This document shows positions 24,248-35,849 of a DNA stretch of 64,000 nt, piece by piece. The stretch comes from Phyllosticta citribraziliensis. Lineage: Eukaryota. Location: contig NW_027117339.1 in NCBI RefSeq assembly GCF_038025025.1, forward strand, positions 558,001 to 622,000. The letters are read 5' to 3'. Made by a program: the position numbers and the translations under genes. The notes under the pieces were generated by a model. The model worked only from the letters and a program-made list of their open reading frames with translations. It was not told the origin of the DNA and ran no database searches. The stretch's first letter is position 1; each line of letters opens with the position of its first letter.

Positions 24248-26959
24248 ATGTCCGCCTCTAATTTTTTCCGCAACGCCAAGCGCACTCTGCGCCCCTACGA
24301 TCCCCTGCCCGGCGGCAACAGCTATCTCGACGATCCCGATGAGGCCTACAGTCTTGAAAAAGACGAGTCCGACTACAACGACTCGTCCGCACATAGCTCG
24401 CCATCTACCTACGGTTCTGGCGCAATGCAACCCATGATGCCGCAAAACACTCCAAAGGGATACCGCCACCGCTCAAACTCGATCAAACGCAAGCAGAGCC
24501 TCTCTGCCGCCGCCGCCCAGAATGCCTCGACGCCCTTTTACTCCAATCCACGAATCGCCCGCCGCCGATTCTCGCGCTGGTTCGCCCTAGCCCTCGGCAG
24601 CTTCGTCGTTTTCTTTATAATCTTGCTCTCGGCCATGGGCCGCCGCTCTCACATCGCCGTCGAGACGGGCATAGCCAAGGAGCCAGATCTCCCGCCACCG
24701 TGGGAGGCCTTTCCCTTTCTCAGGCGCTACCATGGCGGCATTCGCACCCTGGTCAACGACTCGGACAACAAGCCCGAATACCCTGGCACTGGCTTCAACG
24801 CGAGCGAATTGCTACAAATTGGCGGCAAAGAAGGGCGGGGCCTGCCCAAGAAGCGCGCAGAGACTGGAGGAGAGGGCTGGAGCTTTGAGGACGAGAGGAA
24901 CAGGGACCACGGCCTGCCGCCCATGCAAGTCATTTCGCCGTACCCGGCATATGGTTCCGCGGAATACATCAAGGAGTATGGCGCCGAGGTCAAGACGTGC
25001 TATTTGGATGAAAGGACCAAGCAGCGCATGCCCCAGGTACGCGCCTATCCGGGCGTCGTCAGGGGATCGCCTGAAAACGTCATGGGCTCCTACGAGATTT
25101 TTGGCTTGCGTGACGACATTTGTTTTGAGCGCTTCGGGCGTCTGGGTCCGTACGGCTGGGGATACAGCAAAAAGCATGGTGGCAGCGGCGCTGGCATGGA
25201 AGGCGATCGCGAGGGTGCCTACCAGGTGTGGCAAGACGACGACCAGGTCGATTTTAGAGAGGTCAAGTGGGCCCAGGTGCAGCAGCGCTGCATCGAGAGC
25301 AACAAGCACAGATTCAGGCCTCGTCCCAAGGACATTGGTCAGGCGGACAATCATTTTTACTTTCACGGATTGCAAGAAGAGAAACCACAGGAGGAAGAGC
25401 CAGAGACGCCCAAGGTCAAGAGAGATGCAGAAGCGGTCAAAGCGGACGCTGACGAAGGGTCGGGAGCTACGATCAAGCCCTTCAAGCCCGTGGGAGTTGA
25501 AGAGGGCACCGAGGAAACAGTGGCAAAGAAGCCGGAGAGTGAATCTGGCGAGGTCAAGCCTTTTCGCGTTGTCAATACGGGCAGTGGAGAAAAATCGAGA
25601 CAGGCAAAGAAGCCTCTCCCGCGGACCGCCGTCATCATCCGTACCTGGCACGACTTCAACTACGACGACGAGGATTTGTTTTACCTGCGCGCCTTGGTGA
25701 CGGAGCTTGCTCTCAACTCGGGCGGCGAATACGAGGTGCACTTTCTCATCCACGTCAAGGACAACGACCTTCCCATCTGGTCAGACGAAGAGACGTACCA
25801 GCGCGTGCTCGCCGAGTCTCTTCCAGAGGAGTTCCGCGGCATGGGGACCCTCTGGACGGAGCGCCAGATGAGCCTCATCTACGGCGGTCTCGCTGAATCC
25901 AACTACCGCGACCTTCCCGTGTACGGCGTCTACCGCAGCACCTATCTTCCCATGCAACACTTTGCCCACATGCACCTGGAGTACGACTTTTTCTGGCACT
26001 GGGAGATGGATGCCCGCTACACGGGCCACTACTATCACCTCTTCGACAAAGTGTCGGCCTGGGCACGGGAGCAGCCCCGTAAAGGTCTCTGGGAGCGCAA
26101 CGCGCGCTTCTACGTTCCCACGGAGCATGGGTCCTGGGATGACTTCAAGCACATGGTGCGCGTACAGACAGAGCACGGCACAGCATCCAAGTCCAACATC
26201 TGGAACGGAATGGCCAAAAATGATCCCAATATCCCCGACGACGTCAAAGCCGACGCAGCCCCACGTGCCGACAGACCCATCTGGGGTCCTGAGCACCCAG
26301 ATGACGATGAAATCGACTCGGAAAATGACCCGCTGCCGCCACGCACCATGGTCGAAGACAAATATCAGTGGGGCGTGGGCGAAGAAGCAGACCTCATCAC
26401 CCTGAACCCGCTCTTCGATCCCGACGGCACAAACTGGATCCTCGCGGCCGACGTGACTGGATACAACACGACAGCCAAGCTGCCGCCGCGCCGCACGGCC
26501 ATCATCACAGCCTCGCGCCTCTCGCGCCGCCTGCTACTCCAAATGCACCGCGACACGTCGCGCCGGCGGCGCACCATGTTCAGCGAAATGTGGCCAGGCA
26601 CCACAGCGCTGCACCACGGGCTCAAGGCCGTATACGCACCGCACCCGGTCTTCATCGACCGGCGGTGGCCGACGGACTTTCTGGCCGCGACCATGAACGG
26701 CGGCCGCAACGGCGCGTCGGGCGGCAGCCGGCTTTCCGTCTTCTCGGACGAGCGCCAGCACAACTTCAAGGGCCAGACATGGTACTACAACGCTGGCTTC
26801 GCGCCCAATCTGTGGAGGCGCTGGCTCGGCTACGTGGTTGATAATGATGGCGGCCAGCATGAGGAGGTGTGGGGCGAGGGCCGCATGTGTTTGCGTGCGG
26901 CCCTGCTGCATCCGGTCAAGGATGTGGAGCTTGTTACGGAGCATCGCGAGGGCGAGTAG
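24248..26959 (+). CDS. DUF3405-family type II membrane protein (putative glycosyltransferase-like), single exon
   Basis: 903 aa ORF; one TM helix (FALALGSFVVFFIILLSAM); family motifs CFERFGRLGPYG, RTAVIIRTW, LRALVTELALNSGGEYEVHFL, FFWHWEMDARYTGH, SRLSRRLL, HHGLKAVYAPHP, LLHPVK. Confidence 0.88.
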   Translation: MSASNFFRNAKRTLRPYDPLPGGNSYLDDPDEAYSLEKDESDYNDSSAHSSPSTYGSGAMQPMMPQNTPKGYRHRSNSIKRKQSLSAAAAQNASTPFYSNPRIARRRFSRWFALALGSFVVFFIILLSAMGRRSHIAVETGIAKEPDLPPPWEAFPFLRRYHGGIRTLVNDSDNKPEYPGTGFNASELLQIGGKEGRGLPKKRAETGGEGWSFEDERNRDHGLPPMQVISPYPAYGSAEYIKEYGAEVKTCYLDERTKQRMPQVRAYPGVVRGSPENVMGSYEIFGLRDDICFERFGRLGPYGWGYSKKHGGSGAGMEGDREGAYQVWQDDDQVDFREVKWAQVQQRCIESNKHRFRPRPKDIGQADNHFYFHGLQEEKPQEEEPETPKVKRDAEAVKADADEGSGATIKPFKPVGVEEGTEETVAKKPESESGEVKPFRVVNTGSGEKSRQAKKPLPRTAVIIRTWHDFNYDDEDLFYLRALVTELALNSGGEYEVHFLIHVKDNDLPIWSDEETYQRVLAESLPEEFRGMGTLWTERQMSLIYGGLAESNYRDLPVYGVYRSTYLPMQHFAHMHLEYDFFWHWEMDARYTGHYYHLFDKVSAWAREQPRKGLWERNARFYVPTEHGSWDDFKHMVRVQTEHGTASKSNIWNGMAKNDPNIPDDVKADAAPRADRPIWGPEHPDDDEIDSENDPLPPRTMVEDKYQWGVGEEADLITLNPLFDPDGTNWILAADVTGYNTTAKLPPRRTAIITASRLSRRLLLQMHRDTSRRRRTMFSEMWPGTTALHHGLKAVYAPHPVFIDRRWPTDFLAATMNGGRNGASGGSRLSVFSDERQHNFKGQTWYYNAGFAPNLWRRWLGYVVDNDGGQHEEVWGEGRMCLRAALLHPVKDVELVTEHREGE

Positions 26960-28684
26960 TGATTTTAGCTGTGCTGTACGGCCGGAGTTGTCGATATGCG
27001 GTGTTGCGTATCAGCTGCAGCTGCAGCTGGCATGTAACCTGAAATGGAGAGGAAGAAGGAGAGAAAAAGCACCTATGCGGGCTGCGCTGAGGAGGCCGTC
27101 CTCTCTTTCTGGCGCAGACGACACAACCCTGGTGGACGCGAGAACTGACCTACCTACCTCACGCCCCCGACCAACTCGACTCTTTTCCGCGCCACCGCGT
27201 CAAGTCAAGTCCAGCCAAACCACCAAGGCTCGTGGACATGGGCAGTGGGCGCGTGCGTGCGCGCATGCGCTGGATAAAGACCGACGGACGGAGGCAAACG
27301 CTCGCAGAGACCAAGGGCCTTGGAGCGCGTGTACCGAGCTAAGGATCACGCTCAGCTTTCCCCATGGCCTCACCAACACCACAACGAGCCGGGACGCTAG
27401 GAAAGAAAGACAGAACGAAAGACCGGAGATTTGACCGCTCGCAAACACGTACGCAGCACTACCCCCAGCGTACCACACTCCGCAGACAGACAGACAGACC
27501 CACGACATCCTTTCCTCTCCTCTCCCCTCCCTTCTCCCTCTCAGAGGGCCCGCCTCCTCAGAGGGCCCGCCTCGTCTTATCTTGTCCTGTCACGATTGAA
27601 ACGACAACGAAGCGTATCCTTCCTAGCCCGCGATCGCCACCGAGCAAGCATGCCTGCCTGCGTCGGCTTCTCTGTTTTTTTTTTCTTTCTGGTCTTGTTT
27701 GTGTTGGAATTGGTATTGGTATTGCCGCAGCACAGCACATAGGCATCATACATACGTGCGCTGTTTTCTTCTTTTGCTTTCCTTTTCTTCGTGGATTTGT
27801 TTTGGCTTGGTTTGAATTGGCTCGACTTGTACAGATGGATGGCTACGACGCGCCAGGGCGCGTGGTGGCACAATGGGCGCGGCAGTGGGCGGGCATAGAC
27901 ATGCGGATGCAGATGGAGAGAGTGGGAAAGAGAGGAAGCGCCTGACTGCCATTGTAATTGCGTAGCGTAGCGTGGCGAGCGTAGTGGAGTGTAGCGGAGC
28001 GAGCGGATTGGGGTGTGAGGAGCTTGATAATACATAGACAATACACTGCACAGCCCAGGACTTCATTGACTACTGTCCTGAGTGGTTTCTCTCATCCCGC
28101 TTCTCCCTCGCCAACTCCCCGTGAGAGGGTTGAGGTCGTGGTAGACTAAGTAGGCCCAGGGGCACGCGCAGTTGGGGTGGAGCTCTGGGCCTTGGTCACG
28201 GTTGCGTTGCGCGCCACGCATGCGATATGTATGTAGATAGTCTTGTTTTGCTCCAAGAGCGCGTCTGGAGTTTTTCGTCTGATTGGCTCCCTCCTCTTTC
28301 TTCTTCTCCTTGCTGTGCCCAGGTTGGTCTACTAATGGTCCAGGGAAGGGGATTGTGTGGAGGTGGTTCCCCTGATCCTGCCTGTTTGCGTGCTTCGTCG
28401 TTTTCATCATGTCCTCCCCACACCGCGGAAGGACCGCTTCTCTTCCCTCTCTTTTTCTCCCATCTTTTCTCTCTTCGCGTAGGGATATGGCGAGGACCAG
28501 GGGGCGTCGCCGGACCCAGCCGGCCGTTATCCCCCTGGCCTGGTGTAAATGTACAGTTATGTAGTCTAGGAGGCTCTTTTGGACACAGCCGTGTCGTCAT
28601 ATCCTGAACGTGTGATCCCAGTTTGGATAGGCATTGGAATGTCTCGATGATTGAAATTGATTGCTTTTGTCTTGTTTGGGCCTT

Positions 28685-29187
28685 TTAGAGAGAGGCCGCG
28701 GCCGCGACGGCGCCGGCGCCTTTGAACGTGGAGGGGCTCGACACGCGCACTTCGATGTCGGGGTACTTCCATTCCATGAATTTGGCCCAGCCTAAATGAC
28801 GGCGGATGAGTGGTCAGCCGCACAGTCCTCGAGAATCATCGCCATGGATGACTGCAGACTGCAAGCCGGGTAGACACATGGATGGCCAGGCGGCGGGGAG
28901 TCTGCCTGCTCTTCCTGCGCCAATGGGTGCGTTGGTGAACACTTACTCCAGTATGCGCACTTGCGGCCAAAGTACTTGCCCAGGTATGGCACGACGACCA
29001 TGGTGAGCAGCAGCTCGAGTTGCTGCAGGCTCTCGCGCCATTCGCGCTCGGCGTCGTTGTCGTCGTATTCGGAGGAGAGGTCGCCGCTCGAGGACGAGGG
29101 CAGCGAGTCGACGTCGTCGTCGGCCGATGTGGAGGAGGGGTGCGAGGGGGGCACCACGAAGGAGCTGGAGCCGGTCATTGATGACAT
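28685..29187 (-). CDS. MIM2: Mitochondrial import protein Mim2; 2 exons (29187-28947, 28791-28685)
   Basis: Acidic/Ser-rich N-terminus then DAEREWRESLQQLELLLTMVVVPYLGKYFGRKCAYW|SWAKFMEWKY. Intron 28946-28792 (GTAAGT/GCTGAC/TAG). Confidence 0.88.
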
Positions 29188-29640
29188 GGCGGTAGTTGCT
29201 TGCGGGGAGTGGGTGGGAGGGTGAGGGGCGGTGGGTGTCGAGCTGGCTGGTGAGGGTCGAGGTGGTGTTTAGGAGGGGAGGTTGGTGGAGACGGCTTGTC
29301 CGTCCTGCTGCCTCTGGACTCAATGTGCTCGACCAGGCCAGACGTAGAGCCACGGATAGCTTTCCAAGGTCGAGGGTAGGTTGCCGGCCGGGGTGCAGGC
29401 GACGATGACGGATGCACGTCGGAGTTTAGCCGGAGATGGACCGGGGGTCCGAGCGCTCGCTTTGAGTTTTGGAGTCATTGTCCTGGCGGGCTCTTTGGTG
29501 ACGGACCGCCTTCTTGCTCCACACAACAGCCCACCAGAAACAACACCTTCACCCCCGCCCCGGCCAACTTCCATCGACACGGCACCAGTTTGTGCATTGC
29601 CCTCGCCGCCGAGACTCCAGCACAAGCCCACGCCGCAATC
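29188..29640. promoter_or_regulatory. Probable bidirectional promoter shared by MIM2 and SUI3
   Basis: 453 bp between divergent start codons; C/A-rich leaders on each outgoing strand. Confidence 0.5.
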
Positions 29641-30762
29641 ATGGCCGACACCGAGGTAGGTTCGCTGCATTCTTCTTCAACCTCCAGCTCTTCTACTGTC
29701 GACGGCTTTCTTCTCTCTCTCGCTCTCGCACTCAGCTACCATGACGTTGCCTGATAAGTCGTGCCTCAAGCAGCCGCAGAGCCCCGACGCCGAGCGCAAA
29801 CCCAGGAAGTCGGTCGCATTCGCTGATGGCGCCCAGATTGTTGATGCGGACGGCAACGTCCAGGACGTGAATGGCTCTGTGACGGGCGACAAGGACACGG
29901 CCGCAAGCCACAGCCACGACACCGGCGACAAGGCGGTCGACGAGGTGACGGACATGTTCAGCAGCCTCGCCAAAAAGAAGAAGAAGAAGACGAGCAAGCC
30001 CAAGGACGGCGATGACGCCGAGACGCCCGCTGCCGACGGCGAGTTTGACCCATCCGCGCTCAAGAAAAAGAAGAAGAAGAAGAAGGTCGACCCGGACGAC
30101 TTTGAGGCCAAGCTGGCCGAGGCCGGCGCCGTTGGCGAGGACAAGGAGGAAGAGGCCGAACCCGTTGAGGACGCGGTCCAGGAGGGCGACATGGAAAAGG
30201 GCACCGGCATCTGGGCCCACGACAACCAGACCCCCATCAACTACAACCTCCTCCTCTCGCGCTTCTTCACCATGCTGCATTCGCACCACCCCGACCTCGC
30301 CTCGAGCGGCGGCAAGAGCTACAAGATCCCCCCGCCCCAGTGTCTGCGTGAAGGCAACAAGAAGACCATTTTCGCCAACATTGCCGAGATTTGCAAGAGG
30401 ATGAAGCGTACCGACGAGCACGTCACCCAGTTCCTGTTCGCCGAATTGGGTACCAGCGGTAGCGTGGACGGCAGCAGGCGGTTGGTCATCAAGGGTCGTT
30501 TCCAACAAAAGCAGATTGAAAACGTCCTCAGGCGCTACATTGGTGAGATCTCCGGCTTTCTGAAGCTTGACTTATATTCTGACCTGCTTTAGTCGAGTAC
30601 GTCACCTGCAAGACCTGCCGCTCCCCGGACACCGAGCTCAGCAAGGGCGAGAACCGTCTGTACTTCGTCACCTGCAACTCGTGCGGATCCCGTCGCAGTG
30701 TCACGGCCATCAAGACCGGTTTCTCGGCCCAGGTCGGCAAGAGAAGGAGGCAACAGGGTTAA
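29641..30762 (+). CDS. SUI3: Translation initiation factor eIF2 beta; 3 exons (29641-29655, ~29771/29774-30542, 30593-30762)
   Basis: Two poly-Lys boxes; [52 protein letters not shown]-terminal Zn finger CKTC...CNSC after intron 30543-30592. The first acceptor is ambiguous (AAG vs CAG, both in frame). Confidence 0.97.
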
Positions 30763-32400
30763 ACTACCCTCCCTTCTCCAACACATTTTGCAGATGTCCA
30801 ACCTGGATATCGGCATTTCGAGTCTACGAGTGTGGGTTGCAAAAGTGGATTTTTGGGGCGTCACGCTTGGAAAAAGGCCGTGGTGATGATTTGATGGCTT
30901 CATTTTCCGGGCGACGTCCGAATGCATGACGAGCGTCTGCAAAGCAAGCGGCCAGCACGGCATCTGTCTAGACCGGTGGAACTTGGGTTGGTGGAGTGGC
31001 GGTGGTGTTGCCAGGGGCAAAGCATCCAAATGGCATTCGGCTCCCGTTTCTTTCCTTACTACCCTCTTCCCCTCGACACCTTGGAGCGATGAAGGATGTG
31101 TATTGTAGTTGAGAGGCGAGAAGGGGACTGCATATGCGCCAATCAAAAGTGGCATTCAGCTAGACCGCTCATGGGCTGTTTTCTCGTGATGTCCTTCCCC
31201 AAACCAAGCACGAGCAAGCGACATTCGGAATTATCGTGGCCCGCATGTCGTCTACAATGCATACGTCTACAATGCATGCAAAGTGCAAGGTACAAGCGCT
31301 TGCGGAGGCACCGTGAATAGTGCTGCAATTTTTGGTCGAGGAAGTCTGCGTGGAGAAATTATCCCTGTCGCCCTCGCCGCCCCCCGACCCCTCCATCCCT
31401 CCACCCTTGGAAGACCAGTGCGCACCTTTCACTCGTCCGCCGCGTCCCATCCACCCACCTGTCACTGCCCCGGTCGACCGTAAGCGCCGGGCTACACCAA
31501 TCACAAAGCATGCAGTCTTGCCGCCCACAACCTGCGGACTCGGCGTGCGTGGTCGTCGGCGAATCGAATCGCGGCAGACGTGGCCACAAATGGATGGGGG
31601 TGGATGAGACGGGGGAATTCTTACGACCGCCTGGTTTGACTTGCTGACTGGCCGTCTTTGACGTCTCGGGAAAGATTATGGACGAATCGCGTCGCTCTCT
31701 GCGTACGCACCCGCGTACTCTGCTGCTGTCCTTGCAAGTCCTTTACCCTCTCGTAAGAAAACAACCGCTTACGCAGACATGGAGCTGGTCTGCCGCTCGG
31801 AGGTGTTCTCGAGAGCGCAACAATGCGATCGCCGCAGGGAAGCTGGCGCTACCGCGACGACCGGGGGCTCCCTCTCTCTGGGGCTCACATATATGCTGAT
31901 GCAGTCGCCGGCGGCGGCGCGCTGCTCGAGCAGACCATACTTTCAATCGTACATTGCATGCCTACCCCGTGGTGAGTGAGGTGGGTCTCTTCTGCTGTCT
32001 TCTGCTCCGCTTGGTCATTCGTCCTTCCCAGCTCGATCTTCTGTTGGTCTTCGAGTTCGATTGTCGCTGTATTTCCAGCTACTTGCGCCGCGTCGTCAAT
32101 TCTTTTTTACCGCTTTCAGGCCCCGCTGCTGTGGCCTTGTGAGTGTTGCCTGTCACAAATTCGACACGCTGCTGTCCAAGAAAACACGGGGCTGACGGGC
32201 TGCACTACGGCTGAACTGGGCTCATTTGATTGGAGAGGAAGAGAGAGGAGAGCTTCGAGTCAGACTGCTGTGCTGCTTGTCCAACGTCATCGCCGGTCTT
32301 AGCTCGCTTCTTGCCTTGCTTCTGTCGAGCGGAAAGGCTGTGAAGAACAACCGCCTTGGAACCGGTTCTCGAGCCTTGTTGCGATTGAGCTGCCAGAACA

Positions 32401-33982
32401 ATGTCTGGATACGGATCGCAAGGCAGTCCGCCTCCTGCTGTCGCAGGGCAGGCGCAGTATTTTCCTCGTGAGTTTGTTCTCTTGTTTGAATTTCAAATTG
32501 AATTCTGCTGATTGAGGTGCAGCTCCGCCGCAAGGTAGTGATTTTCCCAAGCACTTTCAGAATAGATTTGAGCAAGGTGTTGATCAGAACGCAGACGGAC
32601 AAGGACCGCATTACCCACCACCTCCGCCGCCCCAGCAGCAACAGCAATTCTTCCCGCCTCCTCCGCAAAGCCCGCCGGCTTCTCAACAGCATTTCAATCC
32701 TCCCCCGCAGAGCCCTCCGGCGGGCCAACAGCATTTCAACCACCCTCCACAAAGCCCGCCGGCGTCTCAGCAACACTTCAATCCTCCCCCGCCTCCGGCG
32801 TCCTCTGGAAATCCAGTCGAGCATGTGGTTTATCATGGGACTCCACCGCCTGCAGCACATCAGCATGTCCAACAGTACACTCAGCCCCCCGCACCAGGAG
32901 GCAACGTTGGACATCACGCGAACCCGTCTCCGCCTCCTTTCGCTGCACCTCCCACTCCAGGTTATCCTCCAAGTTACTCCCAACAGACAGCACCACCGGC
33001 AGGCTACCAGTCCGAAAAGACGGCTCCACCTCATACGGCACCGGCTTCTGGCTACACATCCGAAAAGCAGGCACCCAGCCAAGCGCCAACGCAGCAGCAA
33101 ATGCAGCGCATGTCCACATTCAACTCGAACGCGCCAGGCCAAATGCCCGGCGGCGCACCATCACAGACGCACTTCGTCGGCGTGGGCACGACACAAGACG
33201 ACGTGGGCACATTCAACGGCGGCAGCTACCGCATCAGCCACCGCGACACCAACACGGTGCTCACGATCCAACTGGCCATGGGCTGCCCCGTCAGCGCCAA
33301 GCCGGGCGTCATGTTCGCCATGTCGCCGACCATCACGCTCAAAGGCTCGGTCAAGTTCAGCATGAAGAAGCTGATTGCCGGCGGCGACATGGCAAACAGC
33401 ACGTACACGGGGCCCGGCGAGCTGCTGCTCGCGCCCCAGGCCCTCGGCGACGTCACCAACATTCGCCTCGGCGGCAATGAGACGTGGAGTGTGAGCAAAG
33501 ACGCCTTTTTGGCGTCGACCCAGGGCGTCGTCAAGGAGTATAAGAGTCAGGGCTTGACCAAGGCCATGTTCTCGGGCGAGGGCCTGTTCGTGTATAAGAT
33601 GAGCGGCGCGGGCATCGTGTGGATCACTAGTTTTGGCGCCATTTTGCGCAAAGATGTACGTCTTTCACCCCATCATTTTTTCTTCTCTTCTTCCCGTCCA
33701 TACGTTTCCCCTTAAAACCATCCCTACCTCCAGCTGCTTGCTGACAAATCCCCATTATAGCTCGTCGAAGGCGAAAAGCACATTGTCGACAACGGCCACC
33801 TCGTCGCCTGGAGCTGCAAGTACGTCCTCGAGCGCGTCGCCAGCGGCGGTATAGTGTCGGGCCTCGTGTCTGGCGAGGGCCTGGTGTGCAAGTTTACCGG
33901 GCCGGGCACTGTGTTCATGCAAACGCGCAACCCGGCTGCTTTTGCTACTTGGTTGGCAGCGCATAGCGCGGCGAGTGGGTAG
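32401..33982 (+). CDS. AIM24/DUF124-family protein with long P/Q-rich N-terminal extension
   Basis: ATG 32401; introns 32468-32522, possibly 32535-32594, and 33656-33760. Domain motifs [77 protein letters not shown]. Confidence 0.9.
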
Positions 33983-34514
33983 ATTTCTGCACCGAGGACA
34001 GGTGGTGTTTGATAGGTGCGGCGTGACGGTCAATTCTGCTCCATGGTCGATTGCGTCCTGGCAATGGGGTGCTTTTGCTGTATGGGGGCTGATGAGTTCG
34101 GCGTAAGCTTGTGCTGTGTCTGCTCGTCCCGGGGGCAAATTTGTCACTTTTGTATTACTATTCTACTATTGCTTTCCACTATTTTCTACGAACGCCTGCC
34201 CCTACTTATGGTTGCGAGAGAGTTGCAGCCATTATTCACTCTTCTAGTGCTTTGAACTGTTCCTATCACAACCCTCACTTTTAAGCCCCCGCTTGCCTAG
34301 TCGTCATCGATTTCGGAGAACCAGCTTACCAAGTCAGAATGACTAAGAGGCCGAAACCTGCTGTGCTTTCTTAGCACTCTATATCTCCAATTGTTTAACC
34401 ACTTTTTGCGCAGCGTCTGTTTCGGGATGTACGTCTCCGACGCCCGTAGGTGACTGCAGATCCAATCAGTCATTCTGCCTCATCCAGAGAGGACGAATCG
34501 TGGCAGAGGCAAAC

Positions 34515-35849
34515 TCACTCGAATGAAAACTCCTTTGGCAAGTCGCGGACGGGTTCAATTTCCAACATCCTCTTTGGTTTCCAAATCGGAGAGTTCAAGA
34601 TTTGCGTCTCGAGGCGGTTCAGGATGACGTCCTTGTTTTTGCGGCGCCGAGGGCGCGTAAATAGGATCTGGTTCGACCAGTCGGGCTCGCCAGGGGTGTA
34701 AAAGTCGGTGTTGATGAAGCAATCGTCTTCGGGGTGGAAAACAAAGGCGACGACCCACGTGCAGCAGCAAGCTTGTCTGTTTAGCTTGCAGGAACAGTCC
34801 TTGGTGGGGTCTTTGACAGTGACAGGGCGCGGGCCCCTGACGGTTCTGGGCAGCATGGGGAGGAGCTCGTAGGCCCTGGACGCCATCAGCTGCATTTTTT
34901 CCTCGACCTGGTCGCAGAACTCTATGGGGTCGGTGGGGAACGGTTGGAAGCGGTGCGAGAAGTTGGCCTGTATTCGGAGCATGCGGATTTGTGGGCAGAG
35001 CCGGAGCAGGCGGAAGAGCCACAGTGTCTCTTCCACCATGAAGGCGTACGGCGCCTTGTTGTCGAGTTTCAGCGACGTCGTTACGAATCGCACGTTGGCC
35101 AGGACGCCCATCGTGGACAGGGGTTTGAGCGTCTCGAATGACGGCCCGAGGGGCTCGAATCGGAATGGACCAAACGGGTTCAGCTCAATGACGGCTTTGC
35201 GGAAGTAGACGCCGAGGAGTTCGCGATGGATTTGCTTGCAGGCGAGTAGCATTGACATGCTAATTCCATGGTGGGCGCGGCGAATTTTTACTTCGCAGTC
35301 TGCTCGGTCTTTCATTTCGATCTCGTCTCTGTTTATCCATTCCATCGATTGCCACCAGGGGCCACGGTTCTTGAGGCCATTTCTGTATCTGCGATTTTCC
35401 TTCACCACGAGCGTGACGTAGTCTCCCTGCACTAATTCTTTCCAGATCATCTCGCGAATCTCAGGCGGAAGGCCAAGCAGCATGCTGCTTTGCTTGGGCT
35501 GACTGCGGCGCAGTGGCGCTTTGTACTCCATGTATTTGAGTCGGAGCGCATCCTTGAGCGCCTGTAGTTTGACTGAGAAATTGGAACGGCGTGAAGGCGG
35601 CTCAAGATTGATGCTTTGGACGAAAGTTTTAAGGAAGGCGGTCGGGACAGGATCCACTGGCTCAATGGCAGTTGAAATGGATGCGTTTTGGACAAGATCA
35701 TCGTCAGATGTATCCGAGACTTTATTTGCAGGCTCCATTGGTGATGTTTTGATGAGATGAGATGAAAAGCGCGACGATTGCGTCAGCAAGTCGCCTTCAG
35801 AGGGCTCCATCGATGGTGCTCCGATAGAATGAGACGAATAACGCGACAA
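34515..35849 (-). CDS. Fungal F-box-like domain protein (5' end uncertain; first in-frame ATG at 35810)
   Basis: 444-codon open frame; LLGLPPEIREMIWKEL and MLLACKQIHRE motifs typical of fungal F-box-like orphan families; Cys cluster CSCKLNRQACCC near the C-terminus. Confidence 0.7.
   Translation of the reverse strand: MSRYSSHSIGAPSMEPSEGDLLTQSSRFSSHLIKTSPMEPANKVSDTSDDDLVQNASISTAIEPVDPVPTAFLKTFVQSINLEPPSRRSNFSVKLQALKDALRLKYMEYKAPLRRSQPKQSSMLLGLPPEIREMIWKELVQGDYVTLVVKENRRYRNGLKNRGPWWQSMEWINRDEIEMKDRADCEVKIRRAHHGISMSMLLACKQIHRELLGVYFRKAVIELNPFGPFRFEPLGPSFETLKPLSTMGVLANVRFVTTSLKLDNKAPYAFMVEETLWLFRLLRLCPQIRMLRIQANFSHRFQPFPTDPIEFCDQVEEKMQLMASRAYELLPMLPRTVRGPRPVTVKDPTKDCSCKLNRQACCCTWVVAFVFHPEDDCFINTDFYTPGEPDWSNQILFTRPRRRKNKDVILNRLETQILNSPIWKPKRMLEIEPVRDLPKEFSFE

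Noticed and set aside
24732..25753. Long overlapping ORFs (322 aa +, 313 aa -) and similar ones over the hydrolase, SUI3, AIM24 and CDT1
   Set aside because: Shadow frames of GC-rich coding sequence with no motifs.
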